A stretch of 64,000 bases of DNA from a virus (taxonomy: Duplodnaviria; Caudoviricetes): positions 64,211-128,210 of the IMG/VR virus record IMGVR_UViG_3300017821_000056. One strand, given 5' to 3'. A program made the position numbers and the translations under genes. Of this stretch, positions 9,348-19,589 are shown piece after piece; position 1 is the stretch's first letter; each line of letters starts with the position of its first letter. The notes beneath the pieces were generated by a model. It saw only the letters and a program-made list of their open reading frames with translations, was not told the DNA's origin and ran no database searches.

Positions 9348-12300
9348 GTGCCTAGAGGCCTCCCTTCCGTGGAGCAGCAGTTTTCCGCCGAGACGAGCGG
9401 GTACGACGCCGGCATTGCCCGGATGGTCGAGGACAACCGCCGGCTGATCGCCTCGATCGGGGACGTGCAGAAGCAGGTCGGCGAGATGAACCGGCTGCTC
9501 GGTTCCCTGCCTGACCGCAAGGCGATCAGGATCAGCGTCGAAGGCGCCGACAGCGCGATAGCCGAGATAGCCAAGGTGAAGGCCGCGCTGGACGGCCTGG
9601 GCGATAAGAGCATCGCCATCGGCGGCAGCGAGGCGATGGTCCGCGAGCTGCGGGACATCTCGGCGTCGATGGACATGGCGACGTCTTCCATGGGCCGGAT
9701 GGAAGAACACCTGACCGTCATCAGCCGCAGCGTGCAGGATTCGTCCGCTGACCTGATGATGCAGACGCAGATGCTGCGGGACAACGCCGACGCGCACAAC
9801 GCGGCAGCGACAGCGGTAGCAGCGCTGGCGACAGCACGCGGCGGCGCTGGCGGGGGCAGCGGATGGGGTGCCGCAGCAGCCGGCGCCGCCGCGGGTGCCG
9901 CAGCGGGCGGCGGGGGCGGGGGCGGAGGAGGTGCCCCCGGCTTCGTCCCGTGGGCTGGTGGCGGCTGGCAGGCGGTCCGCTTCTGGGGGATGATGGGCGC
10001 CGAAGTCGCCTCCACCGTGGTCCCCGCTCTCGTCGCCGCAGGCTCGGCGGCCCTGGTCGGCGCGCAGGGGTTCGAGCAGTTGCAGAACCGAGCGCAGGCG
10101 ATCTACACGACTAGCGAGGCCCTGGGCGCCTCGCTGAACCAGACGTTCGGCTCGTTTGTCGTCGGCGGCAAGTACGGGAACGCCTTGCAGCAGGCCCAGA
10201 ACATGGCCCAGGGCGCCGTGTACGGGATCGCCGGGGCAGGGATCAATCTTCTCCAGGGAGGCGCGGGCCAGGGGCTGCTGAACATGGGCGTCCAGACCAC
10301 CGACATGATCAGCCGGAGCGCCGCGCAACTCGTGCTCAGTGCCCAGCAGCGGGGTCTCGGCGCGCAGCTCACCGGGCTGGTCGGCGGCGGCCCCCGGTAC
10401 CTGCAGCAGTTCGGGCAGGTCGGGGCGAACCTGGGGAACATCCTGCTGGGTGTCGCGCCGAATCTGCCGGGGGTCGGCAAGGACCTCCTGTCCACCCTGG
10501 TGGGCGGGACCGGGGTCCTGGCGGCCGGTGCCGAGAACATCCCCAGCCCTCTCCTGAAAGGCTTCTTCACATACGAGGCCGCGTCCCGGTGGCTGCCCGC
10601 GCTGCTCGGCGGGCAGGGGCTGATCGGCAGGGCACTGGGCCTGCGGGGAGTCGGCGGCCTCGGCGGGCTGATCAGCAAGGGCGGGGAAGCGCTTTTCACC
10701 CGCGGCATGGGGGGTGCCCTCGGGGATGTCGGGCTCGGCGCGATGGGCTTCGGGGACACGCTCGCGGCGCTGACCGGTCCTGAGGTGGCGATTCCTCTCG
10801 CGCTGATGCAGGCTGAGTTCGCGGGGCTTAACATGCTCCCGCGCGGCGCAGGAGGCGCGGCAGCGGGACAGATCGCGGGCTTGCGGGCGGGGATCACGGC
10901 GGGGGGTTTCACCGGGGCGTGGCAGCCGCTCGCCCAGGCGATCACCAAGATGTCCGGGTTCCAGGCCGGCCTGCCGGACTACGTGAGGATGGCCGCGCCG
11001 ACGCAGCAGATGCTGGCTTCCAGGGAGGGGGCCGGCCTGCAGGCCGCCTACGCCACGTCGCCTCAGGTGCTGACCGGGCAGGCGATGCAGACCTGGACCC
11101 AGCAGCTAGGCGACCTGGTTGCGAGCGGACCGCAGCTGGTGTCCGCTCTGCAGAAAGCGGGGCTGAACACCAGCAACATGGCGGACGCGTTCATGATCGC
11201 GCAAAACGCGGGACTGGACCTGTCGCACTCTTTCAAGGCGAACGGGCAGCTGACCGATGTTGCCACGCAGCAGCTGAAGCAGTACACCGCCGCCATCGCG
11301 CCGATGACGAGGAGCACCGGCGCGTTCGGCGCGGCGGTGTCCGCGCAGTACATCATGGGCCAGCCTGCGGTGCAGAACGTCGCGAAGGTCAACCAGGCCA
11401 TGGATTCCATGACCCAGATCATGACGGGAGGTCCCCTGGGTCAGGCGGGCCTGACCGGTGCGCTGGCGTCGATCCAGACTCTCGGCACCACGCTGTCCAG
11501 TCTCGCCGCCGCACCTCCGGGTGCGGCAGGCCTGGCGAAAGCGAACACGGCGGTAGTCGCGCAGGCTTTGTCCAACGTGATCACCCCGGGCGGGGCGGCG
11601 GCATGGCAGGCGTTCGCCGGGTCCCCGGGCGGGGTTCCCGGGGTGATCCCGTCAACGCAGGCGATCATGGATCAGCTGCGGACGGCGCTGGCGATGGGCG
11701 CGATCGGTATTTCCGGGTCGGTGGCAGGAGGGGCACCTACTCCGGGCGGGGCGGCGGGCCTGGCCGGGTTCAATATTCTCCAGGCGCTCCCGGTTGCCCG
11801 GCAGTCCCCGGCGGCACTGGCATCGCTGATGCAGCAGGGCGCGCAGATGGGCGTGACCCCGTACTACGACCCGACTAAATCCCTGGCGCAGAACTATGCG
11901 GCTGCCGCGACCGCCGCCGGGAAGGTCGCGGACAATGCCAAGACGGCGAACATAGCTACGCAGGGTCAGGTCGTGAACTTGTCCCGGATGCCGCAGCTGG
12001 CCCAGCAGTTCGTCGGCGGCCTGAACGCGCAGACCCTGGCGAACCAGCTCGCGGACGCATCCAAGGCAGTGGGCCAGATCAGCACGCAGGCCGGGAAAGG
12101 GCTGGTCGACAAGGGCGCGCTGACCCAGCTGGTCGGTGATTTCAAGACGGCAGGGATTCAGGGTGCGGGGAATATCAAGGCGGCCCTGGATTCGGCGCTG
12201 ACCACAGCGGGCGTCTCCCAGACGATGCGGCTCAAGATCGAGGCTGAGGTTACGCCGCATGTCGATACCGCCGCAGTGAAGGCGGTGAAAATCCCGGCGC

Positions 12301-13946
12301 AGCTGGAGACGAAGCTCGGCGCGCAGGATCTCCAGCAGCTGAAAGCATCAGGGACGGTCACGTGGACGAATAAGACCACCCCGCTTCCCTCTCAGCATGC
12401 AGGCGGCACGGTTGCGTGGCATAACAGTTTCACGATCCCCGCTGTCCCGACATTGCATGGCCAGATCATCTACACGACGACAATCGTCGGCGGCGTGGCG
12501 ACTATCGGCACGACGAATGCCCAGGGATTCCAGAATGTCTCCCCGATAAAAGCCGCCCAGCGCGGCTTCAAGGTCCCCGGCTTCGGCGGCGGGGACATCT
12601 GGGGCCCGGCGATGCTCGAACCCGGTGAGCTGGTCGTCCCGAAGGGCATGGTGGCGGCCGGGGCGGTCGATCACCTGCGGGGGAAGATCCCCGGGTTCCA
12701 GGGCGGGGGGATGGTCCCGTACTTTCCCGGGGTGAGCGTGGCGATCCGCGCATCCATGCAGGATGTCGCGGCCGAGCTGGTCAGCTTCATCCAGCAGGCC
12801 ATGTCGTCGGTGACCGGAACCCTGCGTTCCGGCGGTGGTTACATGCAGCCTTACGGCGGGCTGCAGCCGTCCATGGTCCGCCCGCCGCATACCGCCGGTG
12901 GGTCGCCTGGTTCTATCCCGGTGCATGTGGCGAGTGTCGCGCCTGCTGCTGCTGCCGCCATGAGCGGCGGTGCTCCCGGTGCGCCGCTGCCGATGCCCGC
13001 GGCGGCGCAGAAAGTCCTCGACGCCTTCGAGAAAACCTTCAAGAGCATGGGTGACCCGTGGGGGAAACTCGCGTCGGAAATCCTCACCGGGCTTGAAGCA
13101 GCGGTGAAAGACCCGATGAAGGAGACAGCGGCAGCAGCGCAGAAACTCGTTAACCAGGTCACGACGGAGATTAATTTCGGGAAGAACCTGGCAGCGCAGA
13201 CCCTGCAGGGCCTGAATCTCGCAGGGATGACCGTCCCCGCCCCGGGGAGCGCTATCCAGATGGTGCAGCCGGGTCCGGGGGCTAAAGGGTTCAACGCTGC
13301 CTCGTACAACGCGTACGTTCAGGCGTTCGCCGGTAACACCCTGCCTGGTGACGTGAACGCTGCGGCGCAGCCGCAGTCGGTGCAGCAGCAGATGCAGTCC
13401 TACCTGAAGTCCATCCAGGCGTTCTCCAAGGACATCGGGGAACTGTCCAAGGGCGGGCTGAGCAAGGCCGTCTTGCAGCAGCTGCTGGCTGCCGGGCCGG
13501 CACAGGGGGATGCGCTGGCGCAGTCGATCATGAGCGGCCCCGGGGGGATCAAGGCGGTCAACCAGCTGTACCAGCAGATCCAGAAGGCATCGACGGGTCT
13601 GGGTGTCGCGGGGATGGAAGGCGTGTACGGGGCGCCGAAACAGCTGGCAGGCGCGATCAGCCAGGTGCATGGGAAGAAAGTGGATATTCAGACGAGCGCC
13701 CCTACGGGTCCGGTGCTGGCGTTGCAGTCCGCGATCAACGCCCTGCACGGCAAGACGGTGACCATCAAGGTGGTCATCGACACCGGCACCGGCGGCGGCG
13801 GCAAAGCCAGCGGTGCCCCTGTCTCCCTCGGGGACCTGTCCAAGGCGGACATCAACCACATCACCGCCCAGGTCCAGGCGTCACTCCTGCAGCAGGCCAA
13901 GCGCAACCGCCGGACCGGCCTCACCCTCCCGGGCTACGGGTCCTGA
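9348..13946 (+). CDS. Tape measure protein
   Basis: 1532 aa, Ala/Gly/Gln-rich; follows chaperone; GGGD..PAMLEPGELVVP motif. Confidence 0.9.
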   Translation: MPRGLPSVEQQFSAETSGYDAGIARMVEDNRRLIASIGDVQKQVGEMNRLLGSLPDRKAIRISVEGADSAIAEIAKVKAALDGLGDKSIAIGGSEAMVRELRDISASMDMATSSMGRMEEHLTVISRSVQDSSADLMMQTQMLRDNADAHNAAATAVAALATARGGAGGGSGWGAAAAGAAAGAAAGGGGGGGGGAPGFVPWAGGGWQAVRFWGMMGAEVASTVVPALVAAGSAALVGAQGFEQLQNRAQAIYTTSEALGASLNQTFGSFVVGGKYGNALQQAQNMAQGAVYGIAGAGINLLQGGAGQGLLNMGVQTTDMISRSAAQLVLSAQQRGLGAQLTGLVGGGPRYLQQFGQVGANLGNILLGVAPNLPGVGKDLLSTLVGGTGVLAAGAENIPSPLLKGFFTYEAASRWLPALLGGQGLIGRALGLRGVGGLGGLISKGGEALFTRGMGGALGDVGLGAMGFGDTLAALTGPEVAIPLALMQAEFAGLNMLPRGAGGAAAGQIAGLRAGITAGGFTGAWQPLAQAITKMSGFQAGLPDYVRMAAPTQQMLASREGAGLQAAYATSPQVLTGQAMQTWTQQLGDLVASGPQLVSALQKAGLNTSNMADAFMIAQNAGLDLSHSFKANGQLTDVATQQLKQYTAAIAPMTRSTGAFGAAVSAQYIMGQPAVQNVAKVNQAMDSMTQIMTGGPLGQAGLTGALASIQTLGTTLSSLAAAPPGAAGLAKANTAVVAQALSNVITPGGAAAWQAFAGSPGGVPGVIPSTQAIMDQLRTALAMGAIGISGSVAGGAPTPGGAAGLAGFNILQALPVARQSPAALASLMQQGAQMGVTPYYDPTKSLAQNYAAAATAAGKVADNAKTANIATQGQVVNLSRMPQLAQQFVGGLNAQTLANQLADASKAVGQISTQAGKGLVDKGALTQLVGDFKTAGIQGAGNIKAALDSALTTAGVSQTMRLKIEAEVTPHVDTAAVKAVKIPAQLETKLGAQDLQQLKASGTVTWTNKTTPLPSQHAGGTVAWHNSFTIPAVPTLHGQIIYTTTIVGGVATIGTTNAQGFQNVSPIKAAQRGFKVPGFGGGDIWGPAMLEPGELVVPKGMVAAGAVDHLRGKIPGFQGGGMVPYFPGVSVAIRASMQDVAAELVSFIQQAMSSVTGTLRSGGGYMQPYGGLQPSMVRPPHTAGGSPGSIPVHVASVAPAAAAAMSGGAPGAPLPMPAAAQKVLDAFEKTFKSMGDPWGKLASEILTGLEAAVKDPMKETAAAAQKLVNQVTTEINFGKNLAAQTLQGLNLAGMTVPAPGSAIQMVQPGPGAKGFNAASYNAYVQAFAGNTLPGDVNAAAQPQSVQQQMQSYLKSIQAFSKDIGELSKGGLSKAVLQQLLAAGPAQGDALAQSIMSGPGGIKAVNQLYQQIQKASTGLGVAGMEGVYGAPKQLAGAISQVHGKKVDIQTSAPTGPVLALQSAINALHGKTVTIKVVIDTGTGGGGKASGAPVSLGDLSKADINHITAQVQASLLQQAKRNRRTGLTLPGYGS

Positions 13947-13990
13947 CTCCTCCTTCCCTCTCGCTGCTGCCTTAAGGCGGTGCCATCACC

Positions 13991-14179
13991 ATGCCCGAAC
14001 CCGCCCCCCTGACCGTCACCTGCGACTCGTGCGGGGCCTCGGCCAGGACCTTTAACGGCTCCGACCCGGACGGTGCCCTGGAGTGCGGCTGCTGCCCGGA
14101 GGACCACAGCCATGCGGGGCTCGGCTGCCGCACCGTCACCATCTCGGCCACGGCGTACCTGACCGGCGAAGCCAGCTGA
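13991..14179 (+). CDS. Small Cys-rich protein
   Basis: CDSC...CGCC..H.H. Confidence 0.55.
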   Translation: MPEPAPLTVTCDSCGASARTFNGSDPDGALECGCCPEDHSHAGLGCRTVTISATAYLTGEAS

Positions 14180-14223
14180 CTTCCCCGGACACCCCGGGCT
14201 TGACCCCGAAGGAGTGAGCAGCC

Positions 14224-14811
14224 ATCAGTACCTACACCGGCACCCAGACCGAGGTGATCTTCGCCAACGGGTTCGCCTACCCCGCGGCAGCCGCCTCATC
14301 GAGCTCGGCCCAGTCGCTGATGACCGGGGCGACCGGGAAGTACCAGCAGCCGGTGTACTGGGGCGGGTTCTGGCAGCAAGGCCGGTCCAACCAGACATCC
14401 ACCATCGACTTCTCCGTCATCCTGGCGGGCCAGGGATCAGCGACCACCGCGATCTTCACCGCCGGGCTGAACACCGCGTCGAACAACATCTCCGGCAGCA
14501 CCCTGGTCGCCTGCAACGCGTTCACGTGCACCTCTTTTTCCTCGGGGACGGTCGCCGGGCATATCGAGATCTCCAACTTCGGCTCCGGGTACGGCACGTC
14601 CTCGGTGGCCACGAACCTGTGGTCGACGATCTCGCTGATCGCCAACAACGGGTCCACCACGGGCGGGGTGGTGGCGGCGGGAGGGCCGACGCAGCTGGCC
14701 ACGATCGACTTCTCGGTGAACCAGTGGCTGTACCTGACGGTCACGTTCTCCACGTCCAGCTCGAGCAATTCGGCGACGCTCCAGCAGCTGATCGTGAGAG
14801 GTGACAACTAG
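14224..14811 (+). CDS. Minor tail/virion protein, probable ATC start
   Basis: AAGGAG at 14209, in-frame TGA at 14215, then ATC AGT ACC TAC ACC GGC...; S/T/G-rich. Confidence 0.7.
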   Translation: MSTYTGTQTEVIFANGFAYPAAAASSSSAQSLMTGATGKYQQPVYWGGFWQQGRSNQTSTIDFSVILAGQGSATTAIFTAGLNTASNNISGSTLVACNAFTCTSFSSGTVAGHIEISNFGSGYGTSSVATNLWSTISLIANNGSTTGGVVAAGGPTQLATIDFSVNQWLYLTVTFSTSSSSNSATLQQLIVRGDN

Positions 14812-14842
14812 GTGGCCTTTCTGCAGCTAAGGCGGTGATTTA

Positions 14843-15310
14843 ATGGCTATGTTCGACCAGACCGACGCCACGAACCTGCTAGCTGCCATCCTCAATAACA
14901 CCAGCTACACCACGGTGGCCGCGACGCACATCCGCCTCGGCACGAATGCGCCCACGGCCGGCGCCAATATGACCGAGCTCGGCGGCGGCTCCGGGTACAC
15001 GACGGGCGGGGCGTCCATCTCCTGGAACACCGTGTCGGCGGCGGCCACGTCGAACTCGGGCACCGTGTCGTGGACGAACTCGGGGTCTGGCTGGACCCTG
15101 GTGGGGCTGGAGATCTGGGACACGGCGGGGACGCCGCTGAGGCACCTGTTCGGGACGTGGACGGGGCAGCCGGTCAGCGTGGCGACGGGCAATACGTTCC
15201 AGGTCGCTGCCGCTGGCATCGCCGTGTCGCTCGTGTTACGGAAAGTAGTTGCGCTAACTGCTGACTGTAACTTAGCGTGCGTCCGAGAGGGTGACCGATG
15301 CCCTCAGTGA
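14843..15310 (+). CDS. Minor tail fiber-like protein; apparent natural end at 15235, before TTA
   Basis: TELGGGSGY, LEIWDTAG...LFG, VATGNTFQVAAAGIAVSLV. Confidence 0.75.
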   Translation: MAMFDQTDATNLLAAILNNTSYTTVAATHIRLGTNAPTAGANMTELGGGSGYTTGGASISWNTVSAAATSNSGTVSWTNSGSGWTLVGLEIWDTAGTPLRHLFGTWTGQPVSVATGNTFQVAAAGIAVSLVLRKVVALTADCNLACVREGDRCPQ

Positions 15311-18300
15311 CGTTTACGTCCAGCGGCACATGGACCTCCGTCGCCACCTCGGTTGACTGCCAGGCCTGGGGCGAGGGCGGCAAAGGGGCCAGCGGCGTAT
15401 CCGGCAGCAGCGGCCACGGCGGAGGCGGAGGCGGCGGCGGCGCCTACGCTGAGGAAACCGCCCTCGCCGTCACGAACGGCAGCAACTACACCTACACGAT
15501 CGGCGCCGGCGGCACCGCGACCAACACTGTCTTCCCCGGAGACAGCGTTACCGTCACCGCTAAATTCGGGGCGTCCACCACCACGCAGAGCGGCGCCGCC
15601 GGCGGCGCGGCCGGTTCCAACGGCATCGCGTTCGCGGGAGGCGCTGGTGCCGCCGGGCAGTCCGGGACGGGCTCCAAGGAGGGCGGCGGCGGCGGCGGCG
15701 CAGCAGGAGCCAGCGGCGCCGGCGGCAATGCGCCCGGGCCCGCTGGCGGGACCGGGACCGGGGGCGGCGGCAGCGGAGGTGCCGGCGGGGGGACCGGCGG
15801 CACGGGAACCGTCCCTGGCGGCGGCGGCGGAGGCGGCGGGAAAGCTAACACCTTCTCCGACCCCGGCGGCAACGGCGCCGGCGGGCAGATCACCCTCATC
15901 TACACCTCCTCGGTCAGCGGCACCGCGACCCTCGCCGGCGCGGGCACGCTCACGGCGGCGGGCACGTCCGCCACGCCCGGCAGCCCGGTCGTCCCGCAGC
16001 AGAACCCGGGCGCGACGTGGCTGCGCCGGTTCGGCGGCTACCGGAACATCAGGCTCCCGTGGAACCAGCTGCAGACCATCGCGGGCACCGCCACGCTGGC
16101 CGGCGCCGGCACCCTGGCGGCGTTCGGGTCAGCCCCCGCGCCTGCCGTGGTCAACCAGTGGGCGAACTCCTACGGCCAGGGCACCGCCTTCACCAGCATC
16201 ACCTCGGCCCTGCAGTCCTGCGTCGTGCCGCTGACGCCCGCCTACTCCGCAGGCCCCGGGTCGGGGTACCCGACGGCGGGGAACTGGCTGTTCGCCATCG
16301 CCTCCTGGACGCAGGACCCGCAGATCATCAACGTCCATGTCGGGACCGGGGACGACATCCACTCATACTGGCGGGAATACCCGGCCGCCGGATCCGGCGG
16401 GTACACCCGCACCGCCATCTCCTACACCCCGAACATCGCCCGCCAGGTCGGCAACGTGTACGTCGCGCCGGACATGGAGATCGCGGCGATCAACGTCCTG
16501 GTCGTGGAGGTCGCCGGCCTCGGCCAGTGGGACACCGTAGTCGGCACGGACATCGCCTACGACGCGGCGTCCACGTCGATCTCCCTGTCCCAGGCTGCCG
16601 GGGCGCAGGCGACGTTCTTCATCGGCGCCGTCGGCGGGGACAACGCGTCCTCCGGGCAGGCGTTCCTGCCGTCCGGGTGGATGGGCCTGGCGACCCAGAC
16701 CCAGACCAACGGGGCCAATAACCTCGCGGACAACATCCTCACCGCCGCCTACCTGCCGTCCTCCAATTCCGCGCAGAACGTCTCCGGGTCGGCGGTGACG
16801 GCGGAGAACCTGTCCGGGTTCATGCTCGCCGTCCTGGTCTCCGGGAACAGCCCCATCCCCGCCGGGCACAACCCGGACTGGCCGTACGTCATCTTCGAAG
16901 CCGGGTTCGGCGCCGGGTACAACACCCCGGACTCGCAGGTCACCTGGACCGACATCACCCAGAACCTGTGGGACTGGAACGAGACCACCGGGATCCAGTA
17001 CCAGCTCGGGCAGCTGCAGGCGACCAACCTGACCATGCACCTGGACGACCTCAGCGGCTACCTGATCCCCTCCAACGCCAGTTCGCCGTACTACCCGGAT
17101 GTCCAGCCGGGGACTCCGGTGAGGATCCGGGCCGCGCTCGGCACGATGGCGGGAGTCAGCTACAACCGCTGGTACATCATCCAGCGGAACGCCACCCAGT
17201 GGGGCGAGGGGATCGACGAGGTCTTCCGCCGCTACTGCCCTGTCTCGGGAACCGACCTGTGGGCGGCGCTGTCCTCGACCCCGCCGACGTTCTACCGGTC
17301 GGAGATCTACGAGGACAAGCCGTACGCGTGGTGGCCGTGCGATGACCAGCCGGGGACGGCGGGCGTGCTCCCCACTCAGATGCTGAACGCCGCGATCGGG
17401 AATACGAATACGCTGAACATCAAGCTGTCTCCCTCCGGGGGGGTCCTCGAACCGTATTACGCTAAAAACGGGGCGGATACTTCTCACGCCACCGTCGGGG
17501 GCTCTGGTGCCGCCGCCAACACCAGCAGTGCTTATCCGCCGGGTATCGCCGTTTACGCGGTCGGCGCGGATGCCGGATGGATGCCGGGAGATCCGCAGAG
17601 TTCTGTCGCGTCCCTGGGTACCGGGAACCCGGTCACGTCTACTCCCGGGTCTGCCGCGTGGCAGGCATCCGGGCAGGCTGGGAACACTGGTTCATTCGGC
17701 TGGTACCTGATCTGCAATGATAACAGCTTCCCGGCGCTATCGGGCGGCGTCACGGTCGAGATCTGGTTTAATGCGGCATATTACCTGACCAGCGCCGGAT
17801 GGTCAGTCGGCGTCCCGATCGGGCAGCCCGGCGGTGAATCAGAGTATCCTATTACCGCACAGCCGTATAATTCTCCCATAACTATATGGGAGATCGCGAC
17901 TAACTCCGCGCCGACCTGCCTTCTCCAGCTGGATACATCCGGGCACCTGAATCTCATCACGGCAGGCACCAGTCACAGTATTTACACCGCCTCGGATCTG
18001 CGCAGCAATTCCTGGCATATGGTCACGGTCACGCTGACGACGACCGCATGGCAGGTTTGGCTGGATGGCGGGGCGAACGCCAACGTCTCGGGAACCGCAT
18101 CGATGGCTTCCGCGTGGACATATTTCATCGCCAACGGCGACTTCGGTTCGTCGGGGGGCGGCAGTCCCGCGTCACTGGTACACGGCGGGAACATCTCACT
18201 GTCCCATATCGCGATCTACCCGTGCGTGCTCCCGTATTACCGGGTACTGGATCATTACTGGGCGGCTATCACCGCGTTCGGGCAGCTGGCTGCGCCTACC

Positions 18301-19560
18301 GGGGTTCAGGTAGCCTGGGTTGAGGGAGTGTACCCGGCTACCGGCGCAGGGCAGAGCGCGCTGCAATCGGGCGAGTTCGTCCCGGACGGTTCCCTCGGGG
18401 GTCCCAACATCCCGCTGGGCGGCGGCATCCTGGGCGCGGGCGGCTATAACGCCTCTTCGGGTACCGGCATCTCCGTCGTGGTGACAGCTGCGGCTCCCGG
18501 GATCACGTCAGGTCCTTCCGCGTGGCTCACCAGCGCGACCTCTTATGCGGCGATAGCGGGTGCCGATACGCCCCTTAATAACGTTTTCCCGTGGGTCTCC
18601 TGGTCCGGGGTGGCTCCTCTTTTCAATGTTTACACCAGTATTAATCTCGGCTCTGAGACGCAGGCCGCCGTGGTCTGCGGGAACGGGGATTCATTCAGCG
18701 GGGGTTACGGGGGGAGTGCTACAGGGAACGGCTTCTCGCAGGTATCCGGGGGAAACGGGTCCGTCCCGCCTGTGGCCGCCTCCGCGATCGGGGACACCGT
18801 GGGGCAGCGGATCGAGCGGCTGATGCGCGGCGGCCGGTGCACGTCCCCGAACCGGTGCATCGACCCCGCCCCCCTCCTGGTGCAGGCACCCGGGGTGAAC
18901 GGCGGCGGGCAGCAGGTCGGCGCGGAGATCCAGGCGATCCAGCAGTCCGACGGCGGCATGCTGTACATCGACAACTGCAACCACCTCACCTACTGGCAGC
19001 GCCCCCACCTAGCATCCCAGTACTCCTCCCCGGTGTGGAACATCGGCCCCACCACCTCGGCGGGCAGGATCCCGTACTACAAGGACATCGAGTGGGTCAC
19101 CGACCCGCAGCGGGTCTGGAACGTGATCACCATCACCCCGCTGTCCCCCACCGGGGCGGCCCTGCCGGAGATCACCCCGAGCAGCGCCTCGGCGGTGAAC
19201 TCCTCGCAGATCCGGTACGGGGCGCAGCCGCTGGCGATCACCTCCTACCTGCAATCCACGGCGGAGATGCAGAACCAGGCGGACTGGCTGCTGTCGAACT
19301 TCGGGACCCCGCAGCGGCACGCGGAGAACGTGAAGATCGACGCCGCAGCCTACCCGCAGGCATGGGAACTGGTCCTGGGGGTCAACGTGGGTGACCTGAT
19401 CACGCTCGAAGATTGGGAGATCGGCGGCGGCGGATCGGTGCAGACGTACCGGGTGACCGAGATCCAGCGGCACATCACCATGGGGTTCGGGGACAACCCG
19501 GCGACGACAGGCAGCGTGACGCTCACGCTCGATGCGGAGCCCAGTAGTTACTGGGCGTAG
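15298..19560 (+). CDS. Large minor tail protein: Gly-rich N-terminus, LamG/concanavalin-like domain, tail-hub-like C-terminus
   Basis: WGEGG.G..GGGGGGAY; PYAWWPCDD, VTVEIWF, WHMVTVT, HIAIYP. Confidence 0.8.
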   Translation: MPSVTFTSSGTWTSVATSVDCQAWGEGGKGASGVSGSSGHGGGGGGGGAYAEETALAVTNGSNYTYTIGAGGTATNTVFPGDSVTVTAKFGASTTTQSGAAGGAAGSNGIAFAGGAGAAGQSGTGSKEGGGGGGAAGASGAGGNAPGPAGGTGTGGGGSGGAGGGTGGTGTVPGGGGGGGGKANTFSDPGGNGAGGQITLIYTSSVSGTATLAGAGTLTAAGTSATPGSPVVPQQNPGATWLRRFGGYRNIRLPWNQLQTIAGTATLAGAGTLAAFGSAPAPAVVNQWANSYGQGTAFTSITSALQSCVVPLTPAYSAGPGSGYPTAGNWLFAIASWTQDPQIINVHVGTGDDIHSYWREYPAAGSGGYTRTAISYTPNIARQVGNVYVAPDMEIAAINVLVVEVAGLGQWDTVVGTDIAYDAASTSISLSQAAGAQATFFIGAVGGDNASSGQAFLPSGWMGLATQTQTNGANNLADNILTAAYLPSSNSAQNVSGSAVTAENLSGFMLAVLVSGNSPIPAGHNPDWPYVIFEAGFGAGYNTPDSQVTWTDITQNLWDWNETTGIQYQLGQLQATNLTMHLDDLSGYLIPSNASSPYYPDVQPGTPVRIRAALGTMAGVSYNRWYIIQRNATQWGEGIDEVFRRYCPVSGTDLWAALSSTPPTFYRSEIYEDKPYAWWPCDDQPGTAGVLPTQMLNAAIGNTNTLNIKLSPSGGVLEPYYAKNGADTSHATVGGSGAAANTSSAYPPGIAVYAVGADAGWMPGDPQSSVASLGTGNPVTSTPGSAAWQASGQAGNTGSFGWYLICNDNSFPALSGGVTVEIWFNAAYYLTSAGWSVGVPIGQPGGESEYPITAQPYNSPITIWEIATNSAPTCLLQLDTSGHLNLITAGTSHSIYTASDLRSNSWHMVTVTLTTTAWQVWLDGGANANVSGTASMASAWTYFIANGDFGSSGGGSPASLVHGGNISLSHIAIYPCVLPYYRVLDHYWAAITAFGQLAAPTGVQVAWVEGVYPATGAGQSALQSGEFVPDGSLGGPNIPLGGGILGAGGYNASSGTGISVVVTAAAPGITSGPSAWLTSATSYAAIAGADTPLNNVFPWVSWSGVAPLFNVYTSINLGSETQAAVVCGNGDSFSGGYGGSATGNGFSQVSGGNGSVPPVAASAIGDTVGQRIERLMRGGRCTSPNRCIDPAPLLVQAPGVNGGGQQVGAEIQAIQQSDGGMLYIDNCNHLTYWQRPHLASQYSSPVWNIGPTTSAGRIPYYKDIEWVTDPQRVWNVITITPLSPTGAALPEITPSSASAVNSSQIRYGAQPLAITSYLQSTAEMQNQADWLLSNFGTPQRHAENVKIDAAAYPQAWELVLGVNVGDLITLEDWEIGGGGSVQTYRVTEIQRHITMGFGDNPATTGSVTLTLDAEPSSYWA

Positions 19561-19589
19561 CCAGTATATTACGTTGCGTTGAGGTGAGC

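Noticed and set aside
8337-10328. Long antisense or alternative-frame ORFs (e.g. 8337-10328, 12348-13859, 29906-31666, 30340-32094, 53190-54746)
   Set aside because: High-GC shadow ORFs overlapping better-supported genes; Arg/Pro/Gly-biased with no motifs.
15400-16130. GGC-rich tract and duplicated GTATLAGAGTL as a DNA repeat element
   Set aside because: Explained by the glycine-rich tail protein sequence; synonymous positions differ between copies.
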